Of a stretch of 64,000 nt of DNA, positions 24,418 to 35,006 are shown piece by piece. Below the pieces are notes generated by a model. That model saw only the letters and a list, made by a program, of their open reading frames with translations. It made no database searches and was not told the origin of the DNA. Origin of the DNA: Bacilli bacterium (GTDB lineage Bacteria > Bacillota_I > Bacilli_A > ML615J-28 > CAG-698); contig JAZLLM010000085.1 in NCBI GenBank assembly GCA_045598145.1, forward strand, positions 7,303 to 71,302. The letters are read 5' to 3'. Positions within the stretch are counted from its first letter, which is position 1. Every line of letters starts with the position of its first letter. Position numbers and translations under genes: made by a program.

Positions 24418-26853
24418 ATGGATGCGTTTAAAAATTTACCACCACAAAACCTTTCAATAAAACAAAAAGGTATTAGTTGGTGTAAAAAACATTTAGATTG
24501 GGCAGATCAAAGAAGTTTTTATAATAGTAGTAGAGTTCGACAATCTATACTCAATAAAAAAATAAATTACGATCTTGTGAATGGTAAAATTCACATGGAC
24601 GATTTAATGCTTATATTAAATCCAGGCAATTTAAATGCCGCTTTTATTCCAGAAAGTATTCAGCATTATTCAGTAATTAATTCTAAATTAAATGTTTTAC
24701 GTGGAGAAGAAATTAATCGTAGATTTGATTTTAAAGTTATATGTACAAATCCAGATGCAATTTCTAGTATAGAAGAACAAAAAAAAGAAGAATTTTTTCA
24801 AAATTTACAAAATATTATTCAATCAGAATCTACATCAGAAGACGAGTTGAAGGTTAAATTGGATAAATTACAAAAAGAATTTAAATATAATTGGCAAGAT
24901 ATTCGTGAAATTCGTGCAAACGCTCTTTTAAATCATTATATAAAAGAATTAAATATTAATAATTTATTTACTGAAGGATTTATGGATGCAATGATTATTG
25001 GTGAAGAAATATATCGTTGCGATGTTATAAGTGGAGAACCTGTAATTGAAAAAGTAAATCCTTTAAAATTAAGAGTTTATCGTTCTGGCTATTCTTCACA
25101 TATAGAAGATGCTGATATATTAGTATATGAAGATTGGTGGTCATTAGGTCGTATATATGATACATTTTATGATGAATTAAAACAAAGCGATATTCGTTAT
25201 CTAGAAAATTTACCACACATAGGTGATGCTGATGAAATGGATAATCGCGATGACCGTAAAGGATTTATTAATACTAGTGATTTATTAACAAATATGTCTG
25301 GTACTATCATAGATAGTTATTTACTTTTTACTGATTCTGGTGATAGTGAAATATACGACTCTGATGGTAATATTAGAGTATTACAAGTTTTTTGGAAATC
25401 ACGCAGAAAAATCAAAAAAGTAAAATCGTATGATCCAGAAAGCGGCGATGTAATAGAAAATTTTTATTCTGAAGATTATATAATCGATGAAAATAAAGGT
25501 GAAGAAGAAGAAATATATTGGGTAAATGAAGCATGGGAAGGATATAAAATCGGTAAAGAAGTTTATGTTCATATGGGACCATGTAAAATACAATATAATA
25601 GATTATCTAATCCTTCAAAATGTCATTTTGGTTTTATAGGTAGTTGTTATAATTTAAATGAGGATAGTGTATTTTCATTAGTTGATTCTTTAAAACCATT
25701 TGCTTATTTATATGATGTAATACATCAACGTTTAAATGAAGCTATCGAGTCTAATTTTGGACAAATGTTTGAGTTAGATTTAGCAAGTATTCCAAAAGGT
25801 TGGGAAGTTGAAAAATGGTATTATTATGCAAAGCAACATCATTTAGCTATAAAAGATTCTTTTAAAGAAGGTAATTATGGTTCTGCTACTGGTAAATTAG
25901 CAGGAGCATTCGCCGCTAATTCAAGAGGTATTATTGGTAATAATACAGGTGATTATATTCAACAACACATCAATTTATTGGAATATATAAAAAATGAAAT
26001 GTCTGAAGCTGTTGGTATTACTAAACAACGTGAAGGACAAATTTCAAATAGAGAAACAGTAGGTGGCGTTGAAAGAGCAACGTTGCAATCTTCATATATT
26101 ACAGAGTATTTATTTAATACACATACTGATGTAAAGAAAAGAGTTTTAGAGTGTTTTTTAGAAACTATTAAATACGCTTTACATTTACAAAAAACAAAGA
26201 AATTTCAATACTGTTTATCAGATTTATCATTAGCAACAATGGAAATTGATGGGGATGAATTTTCTGAAAATGACTATGGTTTGGTTGTTGATAATTCACC
26301 TTATTCACAAAATTTAAGTGGTAAGTTAGAAGGACTTGCGCAAGCAGCATTGCAAAATCAATTAATTAGTTTTTCTTCATTAATGAAGATTTATACAAAT
26401 ACCTCAATGATTGAAACAATTCGTTTAATTGAAGAAGAAGAACAATCGAAAATACAACAAATGCAATTAGCACAACAGCAACAAACTGAGCTTCAACAGC
26501 AACAAATACAAGCACAAATGGAGCAACAACAGTTACAATTGCAACTGCAGCAAGAAAATAATATTAGAGATAATGAAACTAAACTTCAAATAGCTCAAAT
26601 GCAATTAGAAGCAAAGTTACAAGAAATGCTTGCTCAGAGTCAATACGATGGTGAGTCAAATGAAAATAACGAGGAATTAAAAGAAAAAATTCGTCAATTT
26701 GATGAAAAAATAAAACTCGATAGAGAAAAATTAAAACTTGAAAAAGAACAGTTAAATAAAGAAAATAACTTTAAAAATCAAGAATTAAATATAAAAGAAC
26801 GCGAATTACAAATTAAACGAACTCAATCTAATAATCAAAAAACAACTAAATAA
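24418..26853 (+). CDS. portal protein
   Basis: ~812 aa following TerL. C-terminal Q-rich coiled coil (QQMQLAQQQQTELQQQQIQAQMEQQQLQLQLQ). Track start 24406 is TTG; the ATG at 24418 is preferred. Confidence 0.6.
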   Translation: MDAFKNLPPQNLSIKQKGISWCKKHLDWADQRSFYNSSRVRQSILNKKINYDLVNGKIHMDDLMLILNPGNLNAAFIPESIQHYSVINSKLNVLRGEEINRRFDFKVICTNPDAISSIEEQKKEEFFQNLQNIIQSESTSEDELKVKLDKLQKEFKYNWQDIREIRANALLNHYIKELNINNLFTEGFMDAMIIGEEIYRCDVISGEPVIEKVNPLKLRVYRSGYSSHIEDADILVYEDWWSLGRIYDTFYDELKQSDIRYLENLPHIGDADEMDNRDDRKGFINTSDLLTNMSGTIIDSYLLFTDSGDSEIYDSDGNIRVLQVFWKSRRKIKKVKSYDPESGDVIENFYSEDYIIDENKGEEEEIYWVNEAWEGYKIGKEVYVHMGPCKIQYNRLSNPSKCHFGFIGSCYNLNEDSVFSLVDSLKPFAYLYDVIHQRLNEAIESNFGQMFELDLASIPKGWEVEKWYYYAKQHHLAIKDSFKEGNYGSATGKLAGAFAANSRGIIGNNTGDYIQQHINLLEYIKNEMSEAVGITKQREGQISNRETVGGVERATLQSSYITEYLFNTHTDVKKRVLECFLETIKYALHLQKTKKFQYCLSDLSLATMEIDGDEFSENDYGLVVDNSPYSQNLSGKLEGLAQAALQNQLISFSSLMKIYTNTSMIETIRLIEEEEQSKIQQMQLAQQQQTELQQQQIQAQMEQQQLQLQLQQENNIRDNETKLQIAQMQLEAKLQEMLAQSQYDGESNENNEELKEKIRQFDEKIKLDREKLKLEKEQLNKENNFKNQELNIKERELQIKRTQSNNQKTTK

Positions 26854-27200
26854 TGACAGGAATAGAAATTTGTGTTGCTATTGCGGGTGCTATTGGTTTA
26901 GCTGATATTATTCGCATTATAATTGAAAAATTTTTCTCAAAAAAAAGTGATGATTTTGCTCGATTAAAAGAACGATTAGAATTTACTGAAAAAGAAACAA
27001 CTCGTTTAAACAAAGTAATAACTAGAACGAATATGAAAGTTTTAAGACTATATACTATGGTTACAGAGTTAGTTAAAAAAAGTTGTGGTAAAAATTGTCC
27101 TATGCGTGAAATTGTTGATATTGATTTAGAAAGTTTAAACGATATTGATGAAAATAGTGATGAAAACGACTTAACAGATCCTGAAATAAATGAACAGTAA
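26853..27200 (+). CDS. hypothetical protein (N-terminal TM helix)
   Basis: 115 aa; TAATG-coupled to portal. Confidence 0.4.
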   Translation: MTGIEICVAIAGAIGLADIIRIIIEKFFSKKSDDFARLKERLEFTEKETTRLNKVITRTNMKVLRLYTMVTELVKKSCGKNCPMREIVDIDLESLNDIDENSDENDLTDPEINEQ

Positions 27201-27648
27201 GTATTGGAAAGTTTTAAATATAATAGTTTTTTTATTTATTGTTTTAATGACTGCATCTATTACTTATAGATGTAGTACAAAAAATAATAAAGTAGAAACA
27301 GTACATATTACAGATACAATTGTAAAAAGAAAAATAGATTCTGTTTATTATAATAAATTTATTCAATTGCCTGGAAAAATTGATACTGTATTTATATTTA
27401 ATACTTATGATAGTTTAATAGTTTCTGGTTATATACATGATACAGTATATATTGAAAATTTACAATTAAAATTAATTACAAGAGATACTATCATTAAAGA
27501 TAGTATTTTAATAGAAAAGTATATTACAAATAAACCAAAACATTTTGGATTTGGTATAACTGCAGGAATATCAGGAACTTGCGGTTGTATTCATAAGCAA
27601 TTCGATGTTGGACCATCTGTTACATTAGGAATCACTTATAAATTTTAA
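27190..27648 (+). CDS. hypothetical membrane-anchored protein
   Basis: 152 aa; N-terminal hydrophobic helix NIIVFLFIVLMTASITY. Confidence 0.4.
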   Translation: MNSKYWKVLNIIVFLFIVLMTASITYRCSTKNNKVETVHITDTIVKRKIDSVYYNKFIQLPGKIDTVFIFNTYDSLIVSGYIHDTVYIENLQLKLITRDTIIKDSILIEKYITNKPKHFGFGITAGISGTCGCIHKQFDVGPSVTLGITYKF

Positions 27649-27742
27649 TTTAATAATATATTAAAATAGAATTTATTTTATTGCATTTTAAAATATTTTT
27701 TGTTATTTTTGTAAAATCTACTAATATAAAAATTTAATTACT

Positions 27743-28903
27743 ATGGAAGATATGAACGATTTGAGTCTGAATAACATTGTTTCAAGTAATGATGTTGAAA
27801 CTTTGTTTATGGACAATAATGTCGATTTAACAGAAGTAAAGGCTGAACCTTCTGACGACACTACAGAAAAGAAAAAAAATAATGAAACCATTGAGGTTCG
27901 TTCTGATAATTTATTTGATGATTCAGACGAATCGGAGAGCGTAGATGGTGAGGATAATAATCAAGGTGACGAGAACCCTACTTTTAACGAAACTGGGGAT
28001 TCTTCAGCCACATTCTATTCTTCCATAGCCAGTGCTCTAAAGAATGATGGGGTTCTCGAAAATCTTGACGAAGAACAAATTGGTGCTATAATGGACGCAG
28101 ATTCATTTAAAGCTGCAATTGAACAAGAAATTAGTTTAAGATTAAATGAATCCGATCGTCGTATAAAAGAAGCATTAGACTATGGTATCGAACCAACAGA
28201 AATTTCTAAATATCAAAACACATTACAGTATTTGAATGGTTTGAATGAAGAAATACTTTCTGCTGAAACAGAAGAAGCTGAATTGGAACGTAAACGTTTA
28301 ATTTTTCAAGATTGTATCAATCACGGAATGAGTGAACAACGTGCTTTAAGAGAAGTTGAAAAGTCATTAAATGCTGGTACAGATATTGAAGATGCTATTG
28401 AAGCTTTAACTACAAATAAAGAATTTTATCAAAAATCTTATGACAGTTTAATTAATGCTGCTAAAGAAGAAGAAGCGAATCGTCGTAAACAAATTGAAGA
28501 AAAAGAAGAAGAACTTCGTAATTTAGTTATTGATACAGAAGAGCCATTTGATGGAATTAGTATTGATAAAGCAACACGTAATAAAATATTAGAAAATATT
28601 GCCAAACCTACAATTAAAGACAAGGATGGTAATTATTATACTAAGTTGCAAGATTATCAATTAAGACATCCAAATGAATTTCTTCATAAACTTGGAGTGA
28701 TTTTTACTTTAACTGACGGTTTTAAAGATATTGATAAATTTGTTGGAAAAAAGGTTCGACAAGAAACGAATAAAAACATAAGAGGATTAGAACGCACTTT
28801 GAAGAATCAGAGAAATTATGGGAGCAATCCACGTTATATCGGTAACGGAAAAGATGACGATTCCTCAAGACAGAATTTTTCTAGATTCTCTTTAAATATT
28901 TAA
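27743..28903 (+). CDS. acidic helical protein; putative scaffolding protein
   Basis: 386 aa, very D/E-rich, between portal and capsid genes. Confidence 0.4.
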   Translation: MEDMNDLSLNNIVSSNDVETLFMDNNVDLTEVKAEPSDDTTEKKKNNETIEVRSDNLFDDSDESESVDGEDNNQGDENPTFNETGDSSATFYSSIASALKNDGVLENLDEEQIGAIMDADSFKAAIEQEISLRLNESDRRIKEALDYGIEPTEISKYQNTLQYLNGLNEEILSAETEEAELERKRLIFQDCINHGMSEQRALREVEKSLNAGTDIEDAIEALTTNKEFYQKSYDSLINAAKEEEANRRKQIEEKEEELRNLVIDTEEPFDGISIDKATRNKILENIAKPTIKDKDGNYYTKLQDYQLRHPNEFLHKLGVIFTLTDGFKDIDKFVGKKVRQETNKNIRGLERTLKNQRNYGSNPRYIGNGKDDDSSRQNFSRFSLNI

Positions 28904-29104
28904 TATTAACTTAATTAATTAATTTATGGCAGTTTTAGGAAAATTTCAAACTTTGACTTTTAATCATTGGAAGGGTAGACTAAACGGTTAGGCCCTCGTT
29001 AAATCGGGTAAAATCGGTGAACGCCTTCAATATAATATGGGTGAATACCGAGCTAATTTAAATGGTAATACATTTAAACAGTGTAACGCATAGAAGATGA
29101 AACT

Positions 29105-29564
29105 ATGAAAGGATTTATTTATATCATTAAAAATACTGTGAATTCGAAGGTTTACATCGGTCAAACAAAACAAGTGTAGATCAACATTGGAAAGAGCATT
29201 TAAGACATGCTCAATACGGTTCACAAGTAATTAATCGAGCTATGAAAAAATATGGTGTTGATAAATTTTACGTAGAAACGTTGGAAATTTGTGATAGAAC
29301 AATATTAGATGAACGTGAAATTTACTACATCGATTTATATGATTCAACTGATAAATCCAAAGGTTATAATGTTAGTATTGGTGGTAATACACCAAAATTT
29401 AAACGTAAAACTTTAAGTGTTACTGAGTTAATTGATTTACGAATTCTTTACGTCAAGCTGCAAAATTAATTCATGTACCTTATTCAACGTTCCGAAAAGC
29501 TTGTATTTATAATAACATAGAATATAATTCTTCCACGAGTGCCCGAAATCACTTTAGTGATTAA
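29105..29564 (+). pseudogene. decayed GIY-YIG homing endonuclease gene (two or more frameshifts)
   Basis: Frame A 29105-29179: MKGFIYIIKNTVNSKVYIGQTKQV* (GIY-YIG motif). Frame B (-1) 29131-29469: ...VDQHWKEHLRHAQYGSQVINRAMKKYGVDKFYVETLEICDRTILDEREIYYIDL...GYN (I-TevI-like catalytic domain). Frame C 29436-29564: LRQAAKLIHVPYSTFRKACIYNN (HTH DNA-binding motif). The A/B shift falls at the A-run ACAAAACAAG. Confidence 0.6.
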
Positions 29565-29633
29565 AATGTATGCTGAGCTTGTACGATGATAAAGTACAAG
29601 AACTATAGGATAAAAAGCCTATAGGATAACAAA

Positions 29634-31085
29634 ATGTTAACAAAAGAAAACCATTTAGGTTCAGCTTTCCAATTGGAACCACAAAAAGCAACTAATGTAA
29701 TGGTGCAATTACTTGCTACAAGACGTGGTAAATGTTTAGAGAGTTACTTATCTCAATTCCCTACAAAAACTTTTCAGACTGATGATGAATACACATGGGA
29801 TGTTGTATCTTCTTCACGTAGAAATATACGTTTAGTAGAAGCTCGTTCTATTGACGGTGCAGTTATTACTTCTGGTAATGCTGGTGTTGCAGGTGAACCG
29901 TTTTACGTTATATTCCCTGAAGATTGGTTTGCTGATGGTAATGTGATCGTTGGTGAATTAAATGAACAGTATCGTCTTCGTATTTTAGGTGAAGCACGTA
30001 TGGAAGGTACAAATGCTTGTTATAAAGTACAGTTAATGGGTGAAGTTACTGGTGGTATGCCTGCTGATCAGTTAAAGGCAAATAAACGTTTTAGCATTGA
30101 GTATTCTCCTGTTGAGAAAGAACTTTCTAGAGGTGTAGGTGATATTCATTTTACAGCTCCTGTTAGTATGCGTAACGAATGGTCTCGTATTCGTATCAAA
30201 CATAAAGTTCCAGGTTCTATGTTAAATAAAAAGCTTGCTGTTGGTATTTCTTTTATCGATAACAAGACTAATAAGGTTGTTACAAAGAACATGTGGATGC
30301 ATTATGTAGATTACGAACTCGAAGAACAATTCTCTGACGAAAAGAATAATCTTATGATGTATGGTCGTTCTAACCGTAATGAGAATGGCGAATATACTGA
30401 TTTTGGTAAATCTGGTAATGTTATTAAGATGGGCGCTGGTTTACGTGAACAAACTGAAATGGCTAATGTAACTTATTATCCTAAGTTCTCTTTGAAGTTA
30501 CTTGAAGACGCTTTGTATTCTTTATCTACTTCTAAATTAGCTATGAACGATCGTAGATTTGTACTTCGTACTGGTGAACGTGGTGCCGCTTTATTCCATA
30601 AGGCTGTATTAGACACTATTTCTGGTTGGAAAGCATTTGATATTGATGCTGCTGCATTAAATATGATTTCTAAGACAACTTCTCCAATGCATCAGACTTC
30701 ATTGGCTGCAGGTTTCCAATTTACAGAATGGCGTGCTCCGAACGGTGTAATTGTAACATTACAGATTGATCCTATGTACGATGATGTTGTACGTAATAAG
30801 ATTATGCATCCAGATGGTGGTGTTGCTGAATCTTATCGTTTTGATATTACTTACATTGGTTCTATGGATCAACCTAATATTCAAATGGCTCGTTTAGCTG
30901 GTTATGATGAATTACGTGGTTATAAGTGGGGCTTTAGAAATCCTTTCACTGGTGCTATTAATAATGAAAATATGAGTACTGATGAGGATTCTGCAGAAAT
31001 TCACAAGATGTGGACTGGTGGTATCTTTGTATTAGATCCTACAAGATCTATTTCTTTAATACCTGCAATTTTACAAGGCGAATAA
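29634..31085 (+). CDS. major capsid protein (putative, HK97-like)
   Basis: 483 aa. Positioned after TerL/portal/scaffold and followed by a strong terminator. Size matches crAss-like MCPs. No motif-level support. Confidence 0.5.
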   Translation: MLTKENHLGSAFQLEPQKATNVMVQLLATRRGKCLESYLSQFPTKTFQTDDEYTWDVVSSSRRNIRLVEARSIDGAVITSGNAGVAGEPFYVIFPEDWFADGNVIVGELNEQYRLRILGEARMEGTNACYKVQLMGEVTGGMPADQLKANKRFSIEYSPVEKELSRGVGDIHFTAPVSMRNEWSRIRIKHKVPGSMLNKKLAVGISFIDNKTNKVVTKNMWMHYVDYELEEQFSDEKNNLMMYGRSNRNENGEYTDFGKSGNVIKMGAGLREQTEMANVTYYPKFSLKLLEDALYSLSTSKLAMNDRRFVLRTGERGAALFHKAVLDTISGWKAFDIDAAALNMISKTTSPMHQTSLAAGFQFTEWRAPNGVIVTLQIDPMYDDVVRNKIMHPDGGVAESYRFDITYIGSMDQPNIQMARLAGYDELRGYKWGFRNPFTGAINNENMSTDEDSAEIHKMWTGGIFVLDPTRSISLIPAILQGE

Positions 31086-31098
31086 AAAAAATAATAAT

Positions 31099-31122
31099 GG
31101 GGATAGAATTATCTCTATCCCC
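31099..31122 (+). terminator. rho-independent terminator after capsid gene (GGGGATAGA-ATTATC-TCTATCCCC)
   Basis: 9-bp perfect GC-rich stem, then TTAATTTAAAAT. Confidence 0.55.
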
Positions 31123-31144
31123 TTAATTTAAAATATGGAAGAAA

Positions 31145-32053
31145 ATGGCTAAAAATAAAGAAGAAATTATTGATTTAGAAAATACTGAAGAACAAAAAAC
31201 ATATACTTGTTTACGTAACGAAACTATTACAGTTAAGTATTTACCGAAAGCGTCCTCTTTAGTAAAGAATCCCAAACATGTTTTGTATGGTGGTTTGGGT
31301 GAAGGTTGTTTTAGAGATTTTGTAGTACCAAAATATGCATCTAATGGAGCTTATTATAATGTTCTTACAAATGCTGAAAAAAAGTTTCTTGAAGAAACAA
31401 TGGGTATGGCTCCAAATAGATTATCTATTTATAATACTGAAAATAACTTTTGGGACGATTTTAAAGTACGTTTAACTAAAGATCCTATCAAACTTGATTT
31501 AAGAAATCCTATGGATTATATTAAATATAAAGTTTTGTTAGCAAACGGAATGTGGATAGCTAAATCTTTAAACGAATTAGAAGATAGACCTCTCGCCACT
31601 TATCAATTTGTAATGGTTAGTGAAAAAGAAGTTGACGATAACAATTTAAAGAAATTCAATACTACATCACAAGCATATATGTTGTTAGGTCAGTATCGTT
31701 ATGATATTGATACTTTAAGAGTTTTACTTGAATGTTTAGATGGAAGACCTGTAAGTAATCGTATTAGTACAGAAAGTGCTATTGCTAGATTAAATGAGTA
31801 TATTGAAGGTAATGCAAAACTTTTTGTTAAATTTGCAAGTGATCCTTTGTTAAATACTAAAGTAGTAATTAAAAAATGCGCAGAAGAACATTTGATTATT
31901 AAAAAAGGTACTTATTATTATCTTGCAAGTGATAATTCACCATTATGTGAAGAAAATGCAGAACCTATTTTAAGTGTAGCTGCTGCTTATTTAGCAAATC
32001 CTAAACATCAAGAATTATTATTTTCTCTTCAGGAAAAACTTAAAAATAAATAA
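31145..32053 (+). CDS. virion structural protein (hypothetical)
   Basis: 302-aa ORF in the head module. Confidence 0.45.
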   Translation: MAKNKEEIIDLENTEEQKTYTCLRNETITVKYLPKASSLVKNPKHVLYGGLGEGCFRDFVVPKYASNGAYYNVLTNAEKKFLEETMGMAPNRLSIYNTENNFWDDFKVRLTKDPIKLDLRNPMDYIKYKVLLANGMWIAKSLNELEDRPLATYQFVMVSEKEVDDNNLKKFNTTSQAYMLLGQYRYDIDTLRVLLECLDGRPVSNRISTESAIARLNEYIEGNAKLFVKFASDPLLNTKVVIKKCAEEHLIIKKGTYYYLASDNSPLCEENAEPILSVAAAYLANPKHQELLFSLQEKLKNK

Positions 32054-32058
32054 TATAA

Positions 32059-32772
32059 ATGACACTACCCGAAATAAAACACGAATTTGATATACTTTAT
32101 AATAATATAGCGGCAGGTGCAGCACCTCCTTTAAACGCATATGAAATTAGTGTGCTTTTAACAAAAGCGTGCGAAGAAATCGTTATAAATTATTATAATG
32201 GTGCTAACCAACGTTTTTCTTCTTTTGAATCTACAGAAGAAATTAGACGCTATTTAGATTCTTTAATTCGGGAAAGTCAATTAACATTATCTTCAGAAGA
32301 ATCTGATAATGGTTTTTATAAATATAATTATATTAAACCAAACGATTTATTATTTGTCGTAAGAGAATATGCTAAATCGTCTGGTAATGGTTGTATGAAT
32401 GGAAAAAATTTAATGATTAATCCTATTTCACACGAAGATACTAATCGTATATTAGAAGATCCATTCAAAGGTCCAAATGAACGTAAAGCTATAAGATTAG
32501 ATTTAGCTGATGATCAAACAGTTTACTTTACAGTATATAGTAAATATCCCATAGGAATATACAAAGTTGTATATTTACAAAGACCAAAACCTATTATATT
32601 AGAAGATTTATTTGATGGTTTTAGTATTAATGGTGAAACAGATGCTTCTGAAAATTTAAATATACCAGAAATACTTACACGAAAAGTTATAAATCGTGCA
32701 GTAGAATTAGCAAAGGTTGCATATATCGGTGATCTCAATGCAACACTTTCAGTTAATCAGAGATCCCAGTAA
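32059..32772 (+). CDS. virion structural protein (hypothetical)
   Basis: 237-aa ORF. Confidence 0.45.
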   Translation: MTLPEIKHEFDILYNNIAAGAAPPLNAYEISVLLTKACEEIVINYYNGANQRFSSFESTEEIRRYLDSLIRESQLTLSSEESDNGFYKYNYIKPNDLLFVVREYAKSSGNGCMNGKNLMINPISHEDTNRILEDPFKGPNERKAIRLDLADDQTVYFTVYSKYPIGIYKVVYLQRPKPIILEDLFDGFSINGETDASENLNIPEILTRKVINRAVELAKVAYIGDLNATLSVNQRSQ

Positions 32773-32802
32773 TATATTTAATAATTTAAAACTAAAAATA
32801 TT

Positions 32803-33936
32803 ATGAATTTTTCAACTAATCAGGTAAGACATTTATATGTCGTAGAGCATATTGATAGTAGTTTAGATGCTATAGGTGATATTTTTATGAAAAAGTTTGA
32901 TTATGAAAATTCTGAAGCTATGATTCTGAAGTATTTTAATGCTACAGAAGAATTAACGCATTCAGATATTGTTCGTAAAAATCAAATTCGTAAAATTACA
33001 GCTACTCCTTATACATCTTTACGTACTATATTGCCTAAGTATAGTATTACGAATACTTTAACTGCAGGTACAGATTATGATACTGGTGATTTATTTTATC
33101 TCAATTTTGTATTTCCAGCATATATTAGTTTAACTCCAGAGGAAACTATGGAAAAAACTATTTGTTTTAAATACAACTATAATGAAAACGGTATTGCATA
33201 TACTACCGAAACATATTCTATAGCTGGTACTCCAACCACATTGAAAGATAATTGGGCTGCACAAATGGCAAAAACTATTGATTTTGCTTTTAATAAACGT
33301 AATAATACGGACAATGAATTGATAAATATTGTTAGTATAACAAGTACTAATGTAGTTACAATTCGCGCAAAAGCTGCACGTTGGAAACGTGGTTTGTATG
33401 AAAATCGTCCGAATGATTTTAAGTTAAGCAACTTCACGTTTGAAGATTTAAATACTGCTAACTTATCAACATTGCCGCTTGAAAATAATTCAAGAATTAA
33501 AACTTACGGTTATGCTACTGAAATTGTTACTCCTACTGGATCTGCAGATTATATTGAAAACGGTCAAATGTTGGCTGATTTAGAATATTTCTGTATGGGT
33601 GAGCGTGGTGATATTTATCGTTATAAAGGATGGCCTAACTATATCGAAACTAAATATTTAGTTGATGCAAGTACATCTTACGATGTAGTAGATATTCATT
33701 ATTATTTCCAGGGTGAAGGTACAAACGATGATAAATCTGAAAAAGTATTAACATTGTTATTCCCAACATCTAGTGGTACTAGTGCAATTACATCTTTATT
33801 TGCAACTGATGACGATAGTAATGCAATAGTAACAAATATTACTACTGAAAATTTATTTACAACTACAGATAATACAACTCTTGGTGGTATTTTAGTTGGA
33901 GCTTCTGAACCTGAAAACGATACAGAAACTATTTAA
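32803..33936 (+). CDS. virion structural protein, T/S-rich
   Basis: 377-aa ORF followed by a terminator. Confidence 0.45.
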   Translation: MNFSTNQVRHLYVVEHIDSSLDAIGDIFMKKFDYENSEAMILKYFNATEELTHSDIVRKNQIRKITATPYTSLRTILPKYSITNTLTAGTDYDTGDLFYLNFVFPAYISLTPEETMEKTICFKYNYNENGIAYTTETYSIAGTPTTLKDNWAAQMAKTIDFAFNKRNNTDNELINIVSITSTNVVTIRAKAARWKRGLYENRPNDFKLSNFTFEDLNTANLSTLPLENNSRIKTYGYATEIVTPTGSADYIENGQMLADLEYFCMGERGDIYRYKGWPNYIETKYLVDASTSYDVVDIHYYFQGEGTNDDKSEKVLTLLFPTSSGTSAITSLFATDDDSNAIVTNITTENLFTTTDNTTLGGILVGASEPENDTETI

Positions 33937-33959
33937 TAATAAAAACAAAATGATTAATA

Positions 33960-33986
33960 GGGGAGGTTTACTCCTCCCCTTTATTT
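33960..33986 (+). terminator. rho-independent terminator (GGGGAGG-TTTACT-CCTCCCC + TTTATTT)
   Basis: 7-bp GC stem followed by a T-rich tract. Confidence 0.55.
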
Positions 33987-33999
33987 AAATTAAAATGAA

Positions 34000-34578
34000 A
34001 TGGGTAAGGTTTTACGTAGTAAATATGTTTTTAACAATGGTATCTTGCAAGTACAATTTCATTTAGACGATATTTATAGTGAAAGTAATCTTGCAATAGC
34101 TAAAGTGAAATTTTACAATTATGATGTTGATAGTAGCCAATATATTGAACTGAGTGAGGATGATGGTGAAGTTGTTGAATTAGATCAAAATCATACATTA
34201 TATGATGTAGATTTTAATGACCATAAAGATCATTTAGTAAAAGCAAAAATTTATGTTGATGCTAATAATTGGCCTAGTTCAAATGCTCCTTGTTGTGCCA
34301 CACAAGAAATTATTGGTGTTACTACTTATTGGATATTTACAGAATATTTTGTAGATCTTTATCAAATAAAAACAGAAATGTTAAATCAGTTGAATTTTAC
34401 TTGTAACGATGATTGTAATGTTTCATTAGATATTGCGAATAAGTTATTAAAAGTTACAACATTACAAGTAGCAACTGATACTAATAGCGATCAATTAGAA
34501 AGTATGTTTTCTTGTTTGATTGCAAATAAGAAATCTAATTTTAACGATACTCATTCAACTTGTAATTGTAATGGATAA
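34000..34578 (+). CDS. hypothetical structural protein
   Basis: 192-aa ORF, Cys-containing C-terminus. Confidence 0.4.
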   Translation: MGKVLRSKYVFNNGILQVQFHLDDIYSESNLAIAKVKFYNYDVDSSQYIELSEDDGEVVELDQNHTLYDVDFNDHKDHLVKAKIYVDANNWPSSNAPCCATQEIIGVTTYWIFTEYFVDLYQIKTEMLNQLNFTCNDDCNVSLDIANKLLKVTTLQVATDTNSDQLESMFSCLIANKKSNFNDTHSTCNCNG

Positions 34579-35005
34579 AATAGAAAAAATTTCTTGGAAT
34601 GCTTTTACCAATTATTTTCATATCGCTAAAAAGATTGGTTATATGAATTTACAAGATAGATCTAAATTATTAATTCTATCTTTTTTTTATGATTTGATTT
34701 ATAATAGTGATTATATGTACACATATATTCCTAATGAATCATCTACTTTAATTGGTAAATGGGAAATCGGTCGTAAACGAGAAAAAGAAGTTTATGCTAA
34801 ATTTAATCAATTAATGAAGTGTTTATCTAATAAATCTTGTTTTATTAAAAATGCGGATGGTTATTGTAGTAATTTAGATAAACCCACATGGAAATTTAGA
34901 AACGGTGTTGTTGTATTGGCAACAAATGATAGTATAGATGCTAATACTACAGTTTTAAATACAAATGAAAATACAAGTCCTGAAACAATTTTAATACCAA
35001 ATTAA
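34572..35005 (+). CDS. hypothetical protein
   Basis: ATG at 34572 overlaps the upstream stop (ATGGATAA coupling). The track's longer 34520 start is in the overlap and less likely. Confidence 0.4.
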
Positions 35006-35006
35006 T

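Noticed and set aside
28927-29633. Group I intron interrupting the major capsid gene (short ORF MAVLGKFQTLTFNHW as 5' exon, GIY-YIG ORF inside)
   Set aside because: The capsid ORF has its own ATG and is full length for its family. No P7 GACUA/UAGUC pair or other group I core could be found in this interval (an AGACTA at 28976 has no partner). Kept only as a remote alternative.
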